64,000 nt of DNA from Chloroflexota bacterium (GTDB lineage: Bacteria > Chloroflexota > Limnocylindria > Limnocylindrales > CSP1-4), in NCBI GenBank assembly GCA_003141245.1, contig PLLE01000046.1, forward strand, positions 62,841 to 126,840, in the 5' to 3' direction. Every line of letters begins with the position of its first letter. Within the stretch, counting starts at the first letter, position 1. The translations under genes and the position numbers were made by a program. Positions 19,521 through 30,046 of this stretch are shown here, one piece after another. Below the pieces are notes generated by a model, which saw only the letters and a list, made by a program, of their open reading frames with translations, had not been told where the DNA came from and did not search any database.

Positions 19521-19850
19521 TCAGCGCGGGGTGAGGTTGATCGCGGTGATCTTGCCGGTTTCCACGCGGAAGCTTGCATCCAGCTGTTGAGCCGGCACGC
19601 CGGGGCGCACGACCAGCAGGTTCGCCTGGTAGGTGTTGCCCATGTCGCGAACGTCGCCGGGGATCATGCGGAAGCCCGGCTCGGCACGCAGGAACCAGCC
19701 GCCGATCTCACGCAGTCCGCGAAGCGTCCGGGCGTTGCCGCTCACGTGGACGCGCATCTCGGCCTTCTCGTCCATGAGCGCGACCGCGCCCTCACGATCG
19801 CCCGAATTCAACAGCTCGAAGAACGTTTCCATCGTATCGACTGCACCCAT
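19521..19850 (-). CDS. small SnoaL/NTF2-like protein
   Basis: 109 aa. 'METFFELLNSGDREGAVALMDE...' fits the NTF2-like pattern. Confidence 0.55.
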   Translation of the reverse strand: MGAVDTMETFFELLNSGDREGAVALMDEKAEMRVHVSGNARTLRGLREIGGWFLRAEPGFRMIPGDVRDMGNTYQANLLVVRPGVPAQQLDASFRVETGKITAINLTPR

Positions 19851-19908
19851 GCCACGAGTTTAGTCGACACGCCCGCTCGAATCCGGGCGCCCGGGTCAAC
19901 TCGGGCGC

Positions 19909-21690
19909 TCAGAAGCCGCCGCCCGCGCCTCCTCCGCCGCCTCCTCCGCCACCGCCGAAGCCGCCGCTGCTGAACGAGCTTCCGCTGCCACCGCTGCCTC
20001 CTTTCGAGGGGGACGAAGGCGATGCGATCGAGCCGAGGGCGGCCACGATCGAGCCGGGATCCGGAATCGGCGACGAAGAGAAGAGCCCGCCCGATCCTGA
20101 GATGCCGGTCGCCGGCGCGGCGCCTCCGGCCGTGTGGCCGGCCACTATCCACCACGAGGGATACCAGTAGGTCGGGGAGGCGGGTGGCGTTCCTTCGGGC
20201 TCCGCGAGCGAGCGCGACAGAACCAGCTCGACTTCGCGGTCGAGCCCGAACGCGACGCCCCAGACCATCGCCTGATCCGGCGTCGTGACCCACGGCAGAG
20301 CGTGTCTGGTCACCACTTCGGCCATCGATCGAGACTGGATCATCGTCTCGGCCAGAGTCCGTTTGTAGGCGGAGAGCATGGCGTAGAGCATCGCCCCCTG
20401 GCGCGTTCGGGCCGGCATGAAGTAGGCCAGGCCGAGAGTGACCGCCCCCGCCAGTGTCAGGCCCGCGGCGAAGACGAACAGCGCGCTCGCCATAAAGACG
20501 AGCCACAGGATGCCCACGACGATCGCGAGCGCTATTTCGACGGCGCCGGCCATGCCCCAGCGAACTACGACGTGACTGGGCTGCTCGGCGAGCCAGCCCC
20601 TGGTGACGGCCGCGGTCTCGAGCTGTTCTCCGAACGTGCCGAAGTCGCCGGAAAGCCGGTAGAGGCGCTTGGCCGAGAGATAGTTGTCGTAGCTCTTCGA
20701 GTGCTCGACGATCCCGTCGAGCAGCGTGCTCTCCGGTGGCTGCAGCGATCCGTCGCCCCGGCCCAGGTACGTGATCCCCACGTGATCGGGGTTGTCTAGG
20801 ATCTGCATCCTCTCCTGTTTGAATGCGATGCAGCCGTGCGCGGCCAGGTCCACCAGACCGGCCGACACCGTTCGCTTCGTCGTCCGGTCGGCCAGCAGAA
20901 TCGTCGCCATCGCCGGAGTCAGGCCGACGGGAGGGGCCGGCATCAGAATCGAGTTGTCGTCGATGTAGACCGGATCTCGTCCGTGGCGCAGCCACCGCAG
21001 GACCGCCACCAGAATCAACCCGGAGCCGAGGAGTAGTCCCGCGACGACGGCCACGGCGTTCACCTGGCGCCCGCGCTCGAGGGCATAGGCGTGGTCGGCC
21101 GTCGCGTTGGCGTCGATGTCGCGCAGGCCGGCCAGCAGGCCGCCGTTCATGTCGCCGTCTGCCAGGAGCGGCTTCATGTCGTTGTCGAAGACCGCCTGGC
21201 GGTCGGCGTCGCTCAAGAAAGTGGCCCGGTAGCCGCTCCCCGCGTACAGCGAGACCTGGCCGTGGCGCAGGTTGTCCTGCATGTCGAACAGGATCACCAG
21301 GCCGTCGTCGAAGCCTTTGCGACCAATGCCCCACTGGTTCATCAGCGCCAGGGCATCGTCGTTGGCCTTCTCGAGGGTGTCGCTCTCCGGCTTGACCTGG
21401 GTGTAGACCGCCACCTGGGCGCCTGTCCGCTGCTCGATGGCCTGGATCGTCTGCTCAGCCGAGGCGATGGCCGCCGACGAGAAGATGCCGGCGTAGTCGT
21501 AGACGCGCTGGCCGTCGACGGCGTCGGGGTAGGGCGGTCCTGCCGTGGTGGCGTCGGGCGCCCCGGTCGGGTTCATGGTCGCGCCTGGGCTGGGCGAGCC
21601 GTTGGACAGGGCCACCGTCACGAAGGCTACGCCGACGATGGCCAGCGCGAACCCAAGCATCGCGACCTTGATGGCGCGCCCGATTCCCAT
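19909..21690 (-). CDS. membrane protein with TPM domain plus DUF2207-like region and Gly-rich tail
   Basis: ATG 21690 ('MGIGRAIKVAMLGFALAIVG'). TPM-like 'VYDYAGIFSSAAIASAEQTIQAIEQRTGAQVAVYT...WGIGRKGFDDGLVILF'. Several TM spans. Tail 'GGFGGGGGGGGGGAGGGF'. Confidence 0.7.
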   Translation of the reverse strand: MGIGRAIKVAMLGFALAIVGVAFVTVALSNGSPSPGATMNPTGAPDATTAGPPYPDAVDGQRVYDYAGIFSSAAIASAEQTIQAIEQRTGAQVAVYTQVKPESDTLEKANDDALALMNQWGIGRKGFDDGLVILFDMQDNLRHGQVSLYAGSGYRATFLSDADRQAVFDNDMKPLLADGDMNGGLLAGLRDIDANATADHAYALERGRQVNAVAVVAGLLLGSGLILVAVLRWLRHGRDPVYIDDNSILMPAPPVGLTPAMATILLADRTTKRTVSAGLVDLAAHGCIAFKQERMQILDNPDHVGITYLGRGDGSLQPPESTLLDGIVEHSKSYDNYLSAKRLYRLSGDFGTFGEQLETAAVTRGWLAEQPSHVVVRWGMAGAVEIALAIVVGILWLVFMASALFVFAAGLTLAGAVTLGLAYFMPARTRQGAMLYAMLSAYKRTLAETMIQSRSMAEVVTRHALPWVTTPDQAMVWGVAFGLDREVELVLSRSLAEPEGTPPASPTYWYPSWWIVAGHTAGGAAPATGISGSGGLFSSSPIPDPGSIVAALGSIASPSSPSKGGSGGSGSSFSSGGFGGGGGGGGGGAGGGF

Positions 21691-21715
21691 CGCTCGCCTC
21701 CGGATGCGTTCCTGA

Positions 21716-23740
21716 TTAGGTCGTGGACCTCGAAGCCAGCCGGGCTCGAAGTCGACGGACCAGTTCGGCCGAAAGCTCATAGCGGCCGAAGCTGGGCATG
21801 ATGTAGGTGCCCTGGACCATTCCCTCGGTTCGGGCGAGCAGATCCATGGCCATCTCGAGTCCAACTTCGGCGCCGCGGGCGCCGGCCTCGTGCATTGCCG
21901 CCCGCTGTTCTCCGGGGATCGTGATGCCGGGCACCTCGTTGTGCAGGAACTCGGCGTGGCGGGCGCTGTGCAGCGGCAGCACGCCCAGCAGCACCGGAAC
22001 CGGAAAGCCGCCCGGCCCGAAGCACACCCGGGCCCGCTCCAGGATCGCCTCCACCTGGGCCAGCGAGTAGAGCGGTTGAGTCATGATCACGTCCGCGCCG
22101 GCGCCGAGCTTGCGCTCCAGGCGGGCCCACTCCTTGTCCGGGTCGGCGGCCGTGGGATCCAGCGCGCAGGCAATCGTGAATCCGGCCGGCTGACCGATCG
22201 AGGTTCCGGCCTGGTCCTCGCCCCGGTTGAGGTGGCTAATGACCTCGATCAGACCGATGGCGTCCACGTCCCAAACGGCGGTGGTCTGCAAGGCATCGCC
22301 GGCCCGCGGCGGGTCGCCGGTCAGGGCCAGGATGTTGCGGACCCCGAGGGCGTGGGCACCCAACAGATCGGCCTCCAGGGCCATCAGATTCCGATCGCGC
22401 GTGGTCAGGTGAACCAGGCATTCGAGCTCCAGATCGCGCTGGATGCCGAAGGCGACGGCCATGGCCCCCATTCGAACTCGACCGGTCGCGGAATCGCTGA
22501 TGTTCACCAGGTCGACGCCGGCTTGCTGGAGCAGCCGGGCTGCCTCGATCGTGCGCTCGACGCGGATGGAGCGCGGAGGGTCGATCTCGACCGAAACGAC
22601 GAAGGTGCCGTCGGCGAGCTTGCGAGCCAGGCCGGTGGGCTGCGGCGCCTCGCCCTGGGCGGCATAAGCCTCTCCGCGTGGCGTTCGAGGGGCGGCCGCG
22701 GCCGCGTTCTCGCGCTCGGTCTCTTCCGGGCGGGCGGCGGTGGCCGTTACGCGCCGCCCGTCGCGGGCGAGCGCGTCGATTGTTGCCCGCATCGCTGCGG
22801 TGTGCCGGGGAGTCGTGCCGCAGCAGCCACCTACGATCGTCGCGCCCGCGGCGAGCATCCGCGGCACCATTTCGCCGAAGTACTCTGGCTCGGCCGAGTA
22901 GACGAGCCTGCCTTCGATACGCTGAGGCAGGCCAGCGTTGGGCTGCAGCGAGCGAGCGACCGTCGGTGTCGGCGGGCCCATCCGGACGACGGTCTCCAGG
23001 CACGCCAGCGGGCCCGCGCCGCAGTTGACGCCGACGGCATCCACGCCGGCCTCGGCCAGTGCGGCGGCCGCCCCCTCTGGACTGGTCCCGTCGCTGGCTA
23101 GGAAGTCCTCCCCGAATGTCATCTGGGCGATGACTGGCAGGTCGCAGGCGCGGCGGACCTCTTCGACGGCGGAGAGCAGCGTTTCGAGGTCGCCGAAGGT
23201 CTCGCAGCAGAAGAGGTCGACTCCGCCCTCGAGCAACCCCTCCACTTGCTCGCGGAAGGCGGCCCGAGCGATCCCAGGATGCAACCGATCCGGAACTCGC
23301 CGAACCGGCCCCAGCGGACCGATCGATCCGGCCACGAGCGCCTCGCGTCCGGCCACGTCCCGGGCTTCACGGGCGAGCTGGGCGCCGCGGCGGTTGATTC
23401 GCGCGGCCAGCTTCTCCAGGCCGAACTCCGCCAGCCGGAAGCGGTTTGCGCCGAAGGTGTTCGTTTCGATCGCGTCCGCGCCCGACTCCAGGTACTCGCG
23501 ATGGATCGTCGTCACCACGTCGGAGTGGGTCAGCACGATCTCGTCGAGGCAGGCCCGCTGAGGTATACCGCGGCTGTAGAGCAGCGTGCCCATGGCGCCG
23601 TCGAAGAGCAGCGGTCGGCGCCGCAGCAGGATGCGGAAGCGCTCGCGTTCCGTCAGAGCCCCGGGCACGGTGGCTGTGGCGGCGCCCGACCAGGACGCGG
23701 CGAACAGGTCGGTCGGCGACGAGGCAGACATGACGGGCAC
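21716..23740 (-). CDS. bifunctional homocysteine S-methyltransferase / methylenetetrahydrofolate reductase (YitJ-like)
   Basis: N-terminal Hcy-binding domain with 'GGCCGTTP' joined to a C-terminal MTHFR-like half. 674 aa. Confidence 0.85.
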   Translation of the reverse strand: MPVMSASSPTDLFAASWSGAATATVPGALTERERFRILLRRRPLLFDGAMGTLLYSRGIPQRACLDEIVLTHSDVVTTIHREYLESGADAIETNTFGANRFRLAEFGLEKLAARINRRGAQLAREARDVAGREALVAGSIGPLGPVRRVPDRLHPGIARAAFREQVEGLLEGGVDLFCCETFGDLETLLSAVEEVRRACDLPVIAQMTFGEDFLASDGTSPEGAAAALAEAGVDAVGVNCGAGPLACLETVVRMGPPTPTVARSLQPNAGLPQRIEGRLVYSAEPEYFGEMVPRMLAAGATIVGGCCGTTPRHTAAMRATIDALARDGRRVTATAARPEETERENAAAAAPRTPRGEAYAAQGEAPQPTGLARKLADGTFVVSVEIDPPRSIRVERTIEAARLLQQAGVDLVNISDSATGRVRMGAMAVAFGIQRDLELECLVHLTTRDRNLMALEADLLGAHALGVRNILALTGDPPRAGDALQTTAVWDVDAIGLIEVISHLNRGEDQAGTSIGQPAGFTIACALDPTAADPDKEWARLERKLGAGADVIMTQPLYSLAQVEAILERARVCFGPGGFPVPVLLGVLPLHSARHAEFLHNEVPGITIPGEQRAAMHEAGARGAEVGLEMAMDLLARTEGMVQGTYIMPSFGRYELSAELVRRLRARLASRSTT

Positions 23741-23790
23741 GCCGGAAAGCCTAGCGGGTCGATCGGCGTTGCGACAAGAGCCCGCGCCGT

Positions 23791-23841
23791 GAGTGGCTCC
23801 GGGGAGTGGCTCCGGGGAGTGGCTCCGGGGAGTGGCTCCGC
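23791..23841. repeat. 13-bp tandem repeat (gagtggctccggg), about 3.8 copies
   Basis: Read directly from the sequence. Each unit contains the GGAG..CTCC palindrome. Intergenic. Confidence 0.9.
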
Positions 23842-23873
23842 CTGTCTCGGCCTCGCCGACCGCCGGTTCGGCT

Positions 23874-24305
23874 CTACAGGCCGACGACCCTTCGCGGCAG
23901 GAGCAGCAGATCGAGCAACGTGGCCACGACGCTGATCACGGTCGAGGCGACGACTGCGACGCCGATGGCTTCGTAACCCCAATGCGGCGGATAGCCGCCC
24001 ACGGTGAATCCGATCTGAAGCTGGTCCCCGACCTGGCTCGCGATCCATGCCGTCCCGAGCAGCATCGCGGCGTTGATGGCGAACGCGATCAGACCCATCG
24101 TCAGGAACCCGATCGGCATCGCCAGGACCTTCAGGATCGGCTTGAGATAGCTGTTCACCAGCGCGAAGACGAGGGCGATGATCCCGATCTTGACCCAATC
24201 TTCGGGCTTGTCGTTGTGGAAGATCAGCTTGAACTCAGGGACCACGTTGGCCGCGGCGAGTAGCGCAGCGGCGTTCACGGCGACCTTGAGGAGCAGGTCG
24301 ATCAT
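23874..24305 (-). CDS. phage-holin-family-IV-like (former DUF360) 4-TM membrane protein
   Basis: ATG 24305 with a GGAGGAA RBS. 'ALVFALVNSYLKPILKVLAMPIGFLTMGLIAFAINAAML' matches the family pattern. Confidence 0.7.
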   Translation of the reverse strand: MIDLLLKVAVNAAALLAAANVVPEFKLIFHNDKPEDWVKIGIIALVFALVNSYLKPILKVLAMPIGFLTMGLIAFAINAAMLLGTAWIASQVGDQLQIGFTVGGYPPHWGYEAIGVAVVASTVISVVATLLDLLLLPRRVVGL

Positions 24306-24557
24306 GAGCGATTCCTCCGAGGCTGAGCGTCGCCTGGCGGCGACGGCATCGCATAGGCGGATGCTAGCGCGCGCGCCGAGGCGGCGTCGGGGGTTCACGC
24401 GGGGCGACACGCGGCCCGGAGCGTCGCGCGGGCGTTGCGTCGGCCGCGCGTCGAGGACCGAGCCGCGCGCCGAGGTTGCGCATCGGAGTCGCGGGCTCTG
24501 GCAGTCGCAGGCGGTGCGCGACAGCTAGACTCCGCCTATTACCAGGGAAGGAGAGCC

Positions 24558-26342
24558 GTGGCAGGGTTTGCTGAGCGCGTGGACGCGCTCCTTGGCGATT
24601 TCTTTCGGCTGTATCCCGTGGCTGCGACGGCCGCCGGGAATCACGCCTTCGACGGCGAGTGGCCGGACCTGACCGATGCCGGAGTGGCGGCGCGGCTGGC
24701 CTTCGTCGACGACTGGAGCGCCGAGCTGCAGTCGATTCGGGACGGGTCGCTCACCCCCGACGAGCGGATCGACCGCGACCTCTTGATTTCGGAGCTGGCC
24801 GCCCTGCGCTTCGACGAGGGCGAACTGCGCGAGGCCGGGTGGGATCCGCTCAGTTACGTCTACCTCCTGGGCGGGGGCATCTTCCCGCTGCTTGCCCGCG
24901 ACTTCGCGCCTCTGGCGACCCGTCTCGCCTCCGTAGCGGCTCGCCTCGAGGGAGTGCCCGCGGTGGTGGCCGCGGCCAGGGCGCAGCTGGGCAGAATCGA
25001 TGATCGGCCGGTCTCGCGGCTTCACCTGGAGATGGCACTGCGGCAGATTCCGGGAATCGCCTCCCTTGCGGACGACGCCGTGGCCCAGGCCGCGGCCGCC
25101 CAATCCGACCCTGCGGTCGTGGCAATCCAGCCCCGTCTGGAGAAAGCCGCCGCCACTGCCCGCAAGGCGCTCGACGGCTACGCCCGGTATCTGCGGGACG
25201 ACCTGCAACCGCGATCGCGCGGCGAGGGCAGGCTCGGGCACGACCTCTTCGCCCGGAAGCTCCGCCACACCTTCCGGAGCGACCTGACCGACGAGCAGAT
25301 CCTGACCCAGGCAAGCCACGAGTACGACGCAGTCCGGGCCGAGATGATCCGGATCGCGCTCAAGATCTGGAAGCAATGGGTCCCGGGCGAGCCACTTCCC
25401 ACCGCGGCGCGCGAAGGCAGCCAGGAGGCGGCCGATCAGAAGATCGTCAGCCGGGTCGCCGTGGCGATCGGTCGGGCGCACCATCCGGCCGCCGAGCTCG
25501 TCGAAACCTGCAAGGAGTCGTACCGGGAGATCGTCGACTTCTGCAAGCGGAAGAAGCTGATCGACGTCCCCGATGAGCCGCTCGAGATCGAATGGACGCC
25601 GCCCTTCTTGCGCGAATTCGCCGGGGCGATGCTCGACTCGCCGGGTCCGCTCGACATGGGACAGAAGTCGTTCTACTTCATGACTCCGCCGCCCGACGAC
25701 TGGACGGCCGAGCAGGTCGAGTCGTACCTGGCCGAGGAGAACGACCGGCAGATCGCCCTGACGACGATCCATGAAGGGACGCCCGGCCACTACCTGCAGC
25801 TCGTCTACTCGAACCGCTGCCCCTCGATCGCGCGCGCCGTCTTTGGCAGTGGCGTATTCGCGGAAGGATGGGCGGTCTACGTGACCCAGGTGATGATGGA
25901 CGTGGGCTTCCACGCCGACGACCCCGCGCTGCTGCTGATCCACTGGAAGTTCTACCTGCGCGCCATCACCAACGCCATGATCGACATCGGAATCCACGCC
26001 GGATCGATGACCGAGGCCGAGGCGATGGATCTGATGGTCCGGGGCGGCTTCCAGGAGGAGTCCGAAGCGCGCAAGAAGTGGGATCGCGCGCGTTTGACTT
26101 CGACGCAGCTCTCCACCTACTTCGTGGGCTCGATGGAGATGTGGAACCTGGAGCGGGAGCGACGCGTGCGGGCTGCCGTCGCGTCGGGCGATCCGCGCGG
26201 GATCTCGGCCGTCCCCGAGCCGCGGGTCGTCGGCGCCTTCGGCGAGACGCCGGGCTTCTCCTACAAGGAGCACCTGGAGTCGGTCATCGCCCACGGCTCG
26301 CCACCTATCCCGCTGATCCGCCGGATCCTGCTCGGGGAGTAG
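24558..26342 (+). CDS. DUF885-family protein (putative metallopeptidase-like)
   Basis: GTG 24558 follows GGAAGGAGAG. 'TTIHEGTPGHYLQ' is the family signature. Confidence 0.8.
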   Translation: MAGFAERVDALLGDFFRLYPVAATAAGNHAFDGEWPDLTDAGVAARLAFVDDWSAELQSIRDGSLTPDERIDRDLLISELAALRFDEGELREAGWDPLSYVYLLGGGIFPLLARDFAPLATRLASVAARLEGVPAVVAAARAQLGRIDDRPVSRLHLEMALRQIPGIASLADDAVAQAAAAQSDPAVVAIQPRLEKAAATARKALDGYARYLRDDLQPRSRGEGRLGHDLFARKLRHTFRSDLTDEQILTQASHEYDAVRAEMIRIALKIWKQWVPGEPLPTAAREGSQEAADQKIVSRVAVAIGRAHHPAAELVETCKESYREIVDFCKRKKLIDVPDEPLEIEWTPPFLREFAGAMLDSPGPLDMGQKSFYFMTPPPDDWTAEQVESYLAEENDRQIALTTIHEGTPGHYLQLVYSNRCPSIARAVFGSGVFAEGWAVYVTQVMMDVGFHADDPALLLIHWKFYLRAITNAMIDIGIHAGSMTEAEAMDLMVRGGFQEESEARKKWDRARLTSTQLSTYFVGSMEMWNLERERRVRAAVASGDPRGISAVPEPRVVGAFGETPGFSYKEHLESVIAHGSPPIPLIRRILLGE

Positions 26343-26392
26343 TGGCCCGGGAACCCGAGGGCGGGGCCCCGCCGGCTTCGACGGCGATCCGC

Positions 26393-29300
26393 TTAGCTGC
26401 CCGCCGTGCCGGTTTCGGCGGTGGCGGCCTCGACGGCTTCGGCTGCGGCCGCTTCCTCGAGCTTGCCGAGCTGGTAGCCGGAGGCTTCGCCGGCGCGGGC
26501 GAGGGCGGCGGTCAGGCGGTCGGCCTCGGCCACGCGGGCCGTCGCCTTGGCCGCGGAGCGGGTCTTACCGGCCAGGGCCTCCAGCGCGTCGAGGACCAGC
26601 ATCCACCAAAGCACTTGCTCGAACGACTCGCGGTGGAACCAGCTCACGCCTTCCCAGAAGTTGACCCGGATGTAGGGCCGAACGGCTTCGTCGGCGACGA
26701 GTGCTCGAACGAGGGCGGTCGGTCGATCGGCCGGCGGCTGGTCGGCGACGGAGCTGGGCAGCGGCAACCGGCGCAGGAGACGAATCAACGCCACGAGTCG
26801 CCAGGCCGCAGCCTCGTCCTGACCCAGGTCGCGGAAGACGTTGGCGAGCACCGGGCCGAGCTGCAGCTCGTCGATTGCGGCGCCGGAGTCGGCTTCGTCC
26901 GGATCCGCGACTGAGGCGATCGCTTCGCCTGCCAGGCGGCCGAAGAGCGCCACCCACGTCGAGGGGTCGGTCAGGCCGGCGCGCAGGCGTTCGACGCCGA
27001 CAAGTTTGGGGAGCTCGAGTGCGGCCACGAGGCCGAGTCGGAACCTGGCGGTCGCGGCGGCGACGTCGCCGGTGGCTCCGGACAAGTCGACCAGGGCGTG
27101 GAGTGTCCGCTCGACCGCCGCCGCGGCCTCCGCTACCAGCGCCTCCGTCTGCTTGGGCGTGGCGACGGGCGCCGTCGAATGTGCGGCCTTCGCCGCTGGT
27201 CCCGCGGCCTTCGCCGCGTGTCCCGCGCGCTTAGCCGCTGGTCGCGCCGCCTTGGAGGCGGCCACGGCCCGCGCCGCCCCCAGCTCGGTCAATCGCCGAA
27301 GCGAGCCGTTCTCGGCCAGCCCGCGGACCGCGGCGTGGAGCGGCGCCAGCTGCATCTCGCGCAGCGCTCCCCCGATGCTCGGCAAGCCCGCCTCGTCGAG
27401 CTTCTCCGCCAGCCGGCGCAACTGCCCCGACGGCCCGTCGTGCATTTCGTGGATGTCGAGGAAGACCTGGCAGCCGTAGGCGTGCAGATCCACGAACAGG
27501 CCGTCGCGGCAAAGGTCCGCGCTGCGCCGGATGAACTCCAGCCCGGACCTCTGCTCGCGCAGCACCGTGAACCACTCGCCTTCAGGATGGAGCCCCAGCC
27601 CCTCACCCAGCGAGCGCTGTTCGAGCCGTCGCCCGCCCGCGCCGTCCGGCACCGAAAACGCCGCCGAGGTCTTGATCCAGCCGTGGGCCTCGGCGTAGCG
27701 GTTGTGATAGACGACCAGCGAGCGTTCGTCGCCCGAGCGGTTGGAGTAAGCGAAGACGTCCTCGTTTACCCAGCCGCCCGGATCGTAGACGTCGTACAGC
27801 AGGAAGTCGTGCACGTCGGCGAAGAGACGGCGGCGGTGGAAGAGCGGGAAGATCTCGCGCTCGTGCCGCTCGACGAGCCAGCCGTCGGGCTCCTCGTCGC
27901 GATAGGCGCGGCGATACTCCATGCCGTACTTCTCGGCGAAGCCCTCGATCTGGCCGTGTCCGATCATCGGCAGGCCGGGCATCGTGGCCAGCAGCGTGGC
28001 CACGCCGAAGTACTTGTCGCCCTTGCCGAACTGGTCGACCGCGGTCCGCTCGTCGGGATTGCTCATGAAGTTGACGAAGCGCTTGAGGACTTCCGGGTCG
28101 AACTCGAGCGTGTCCTTGATGACCCGCCGGTAGTTTGCGTTCTCCTCGTCGCGCAGCATGTTCATGAAGGCGCTGTTGTAGACGCGGTGCATCCCGAGCG
28201 TTCGGACGAAGTAGCCCTCCAGCAGCCAGAACGCTTCGGCGAGGAGCAGGGTGTCCGGCACTTCGGCGGCGACCCGATCCACCACCTCCCGCCAGAATTC
28301 GGCCGGCATCTTCTCGTCGAAGATGGCGCGCGGCGTGGCGTGCTCGGCCCGTGAGGGGATCGCTCCGCCCTGTCCCGGCTCGGGGTACCAGAGCCGCTGG
28401 ATGTGGCGGCGCGCCAGGGTCATCGCGGCGTCGAAGCGGATGATCGGGAACTTGCGGGCGACGTGGAGGATGGTCTGGATGACGGCCTCGCGGACCTCCG
28501 GCTTGAGGTAGTCGAGCTGCGCCGTGTCGTTCCAGGGCATGCTCGTGCCGTCGTTGCCGTGGTAGATGTAGCGAGCGTCGCCGGTCCAGTTGTCGGTTCG
28601 CTTGAAGACGACCGCCGCGTCGGTCGAGTTCCAGTAGTGGTCCTCGATCTGGATCGTGACCCGTTCGTCGTCCGAGAGGTTCCCGCCGGTGAAGCTGTAG
28701 GCAGGGTAGGGGGAGTCGGGCAGCTGCAGGAACCAGTCCGGATGCTCGATCACCCAGCGTGAGTCGATCCCCATGTGGTTGGGGACCATGTCCGAGCTGA
28801 GGCGGATGCCGCGCGCCGAACACCTGTTGCGGAGCTGCTGGAATGCGCCCTCGCCGCCCAGGTCCTCGGCGATCGTGTAGTCCATCAGCGAGTACGCGGA
28901 GGCGGCGGCCTCCTGGTTGCCGCGCCACTGCTTGATTCGCTGGCTGGCGCGACTGCGCTCCCACAGCCCGATCAGCCACAGCCCGGTGAAGCCGCGGCGG
29001 GAGAGCGCCTCCAGCTCTTCGTCGGGGATCTCATCCAGCCGCGAGATCCGGCGTCCGTAGCGCTTGGAGAGCTGGTCGAGCCAGACATATGTGGTCCGGG
29101 CGATGAGCACGACTCGGGGCATCCAGTCGCGATCCCGGCTGAACCGCTCGTACTCGTTCTCCAGGCCCCCGAGACCGGGGCCGCCGGTCGGCGCAACCGG
29201 GCCCGGCGTCGGATGCATGCGCATCCACAGCGCGACTTCTTCCTCGTGCTGGACGTCGAGCGAGACGATGAGCCGGTCGAGGAAGCACGTCAGCACCAGG

Positions 29301-30046
29301 CCCCAGCGAGATCTGATGAAGCGGAGCTGGCCCGCAAGCGAGTCGGGCTCAGCGAGCGCCGGCGCCCGCAGGAACGCGATCAGCGACTCGCCTTCGGGAC
29401 CGAAGCCGGGCTGGCCGTCGAAGAACTCTTGGAGGCCGGCGATGAGTTCGGCGTAGGCGGTGCGCTCTACCAGGTCGGCGTCGTCGAAGAGCTCGTCGAA
29501 AGTCGCGAACGCAGGGTTCGCGTTGGCGAGCCACAGCATCAGCAGCTCTTCGAGGGCGATCTCGCGGTTGGGATGACCTTCGGTCGAGCCGGCCAGGTAG
29601 GCCGCCGGATCCTGACCGTCGCGATAGACGGCGAGGGGCGGGAACTGCGCCACGAAGTGGGCCAGCGCGTGGTCGAGCCGATCCGGCTCCAACTGCGCCA
29701 CGAGCGCGGCCATGGCGTCGGTCATGACGTTCGGGTTCACCGTGCGGCGGTAGATCTCGACGGCGTGGTGGAGAATCTCGTCGATCAGCCCCATGGCGTT
29801 GAGCTCGGCGGCGTGAACGACACGATCCGGATAGCGCTCAATGTCGCACCGGTCGTTCATGCGCTTGGCAAACGCGCGAACCGCCGGGAAGTCCGGAATG
29901 ATGACGTTCCCGGTCGTCTGGAAGAGCGCTTGGTCGAACTCGTAGCGGCTGCGTGCCGTCTTCGATACGTGGAACTCGAATGCCACGGGTTCTCCGAAGC
30001 TGCGAGCTGAGCCGGCGCTCAGAACCGATACCCTTGGTCTATCCAC
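26393..30046 (-). CDS. large alpha-amylase-family glycosyl hydrolase
   Basis: 1217 aa. Central 'FTGLWLIGLWERS' and 'DMVPNHMGIDS' (DxxxNH). Ala/Lys-rich C-terminal region. Confidence 0.7.
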   Translation of the reverse strand: MDRPRVSVLSAGSARSFGEPVAFEFHVSKTARSRYEFDQALFQTTGNVIIPDFPAVRAFAKRMNDRCDIERYPDRVVHAAELNAMGLIDEILHHAVEIYRRTVNPNVMTDAMAALVAQLEPDRLDHALAHFVAQFPPLAVYRDGQDPAAYLAGSTEGHPNREIALEELLMLWLANANPAFATFDELFDDADLVERTAYAELIAGLQEFFDGQPGFGPEGESLIAFLRAPALAEPDSLAGQLRFIRSRWGLVLTCFLDRLIVSLDVQHEEEVALWMRMHPTPGPVAPTGGPGLGGLENEYERFSRDRDWMPRVVLIARTTYVWLDQLSKRYGRRISRLDEIPDEELEALSRRGFTGLWLIGLWERSRASQRIKQWRGNQEAAASAYSLMDYTIAEDLGGEGAFQQLRNRCSARGIRLSSDMVPNHMGIDSRWVIEHPDWFLQLPDSPYPAYSFTGGNLSDDERVTIQIEDHYWNSTDAAVVFKRTDNWTGDARYIYHGNDGTSMPWNDTAQLDYLKPEVREAVIQTILHVARKFPIIRFDAAMTLARRHIQRLWYPEPGQGGAIPSRAEHATPRAIFDEKMPAEFWREVVDRVAAEVPDTLLLAEAFWLLEGYFVRTLGMHRVYNSAFMNMLRDEENANYRRVIKDTLEFDPEVLKRFVNFMSNPDERTAVDQFGKGDKYFGVATLLATMPGLPMIGHGQIEGFAEKYGMEYRRAYRDEEPDGWLVERHEREIFPLFHRRRLFADVHDFLLYDVYDPGGWVNEDVFAYSNRSGDERSLVVYHNRYAEAHGWIKTSAAFSVPDGAGGRRLEQRSLGEGLGLHPEGEWFTVLREQRSGLEFIRRSADLCRDGLFVDLHAYGCQVFLDIHEMHDGPSGQLRRLAEKLDEAGLPSIGGALREMQLAPLHAAVRGLAENGSLRRLTELGAARAVAASKAARPAAKRAGHAAKAAGPAAKAAHSTAPVATPKQTEALVAEAAAAVERTLHALVDLSGATGDVAAATARFRLGLVAALELPKLVGVERLRAGLTDPSTWVALFGRLAGEAIASVADPDEADSGAAIDELQLGPVLANVFRDLGQDEAAAWRLVALIRLLRRLPLPSSVADQPPADRPTALVRALVADEAVRPYIRVNFWEGVSWFHRESFEQVLWWMLVLDALEALAGKTRSAAKATARVAEADRLTAALARAGEASGYQLGKLEEAAAAEAVEAATAETGTAGS

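Noticed and set aside
19808-21334. 508-aa same-strand alternative frame over the TPM/DUF2207 gene
   Set aside because: The translation is Arg/Pro-rich junk. The 19909..21690 frame shows a TPM domain and TM helices.
24525-26294. 589-aa ORF antisense to the DUF885 gene
   Set aside because: Shadow ORF. The plus strand has the 'HEGTPGHY' family signature.
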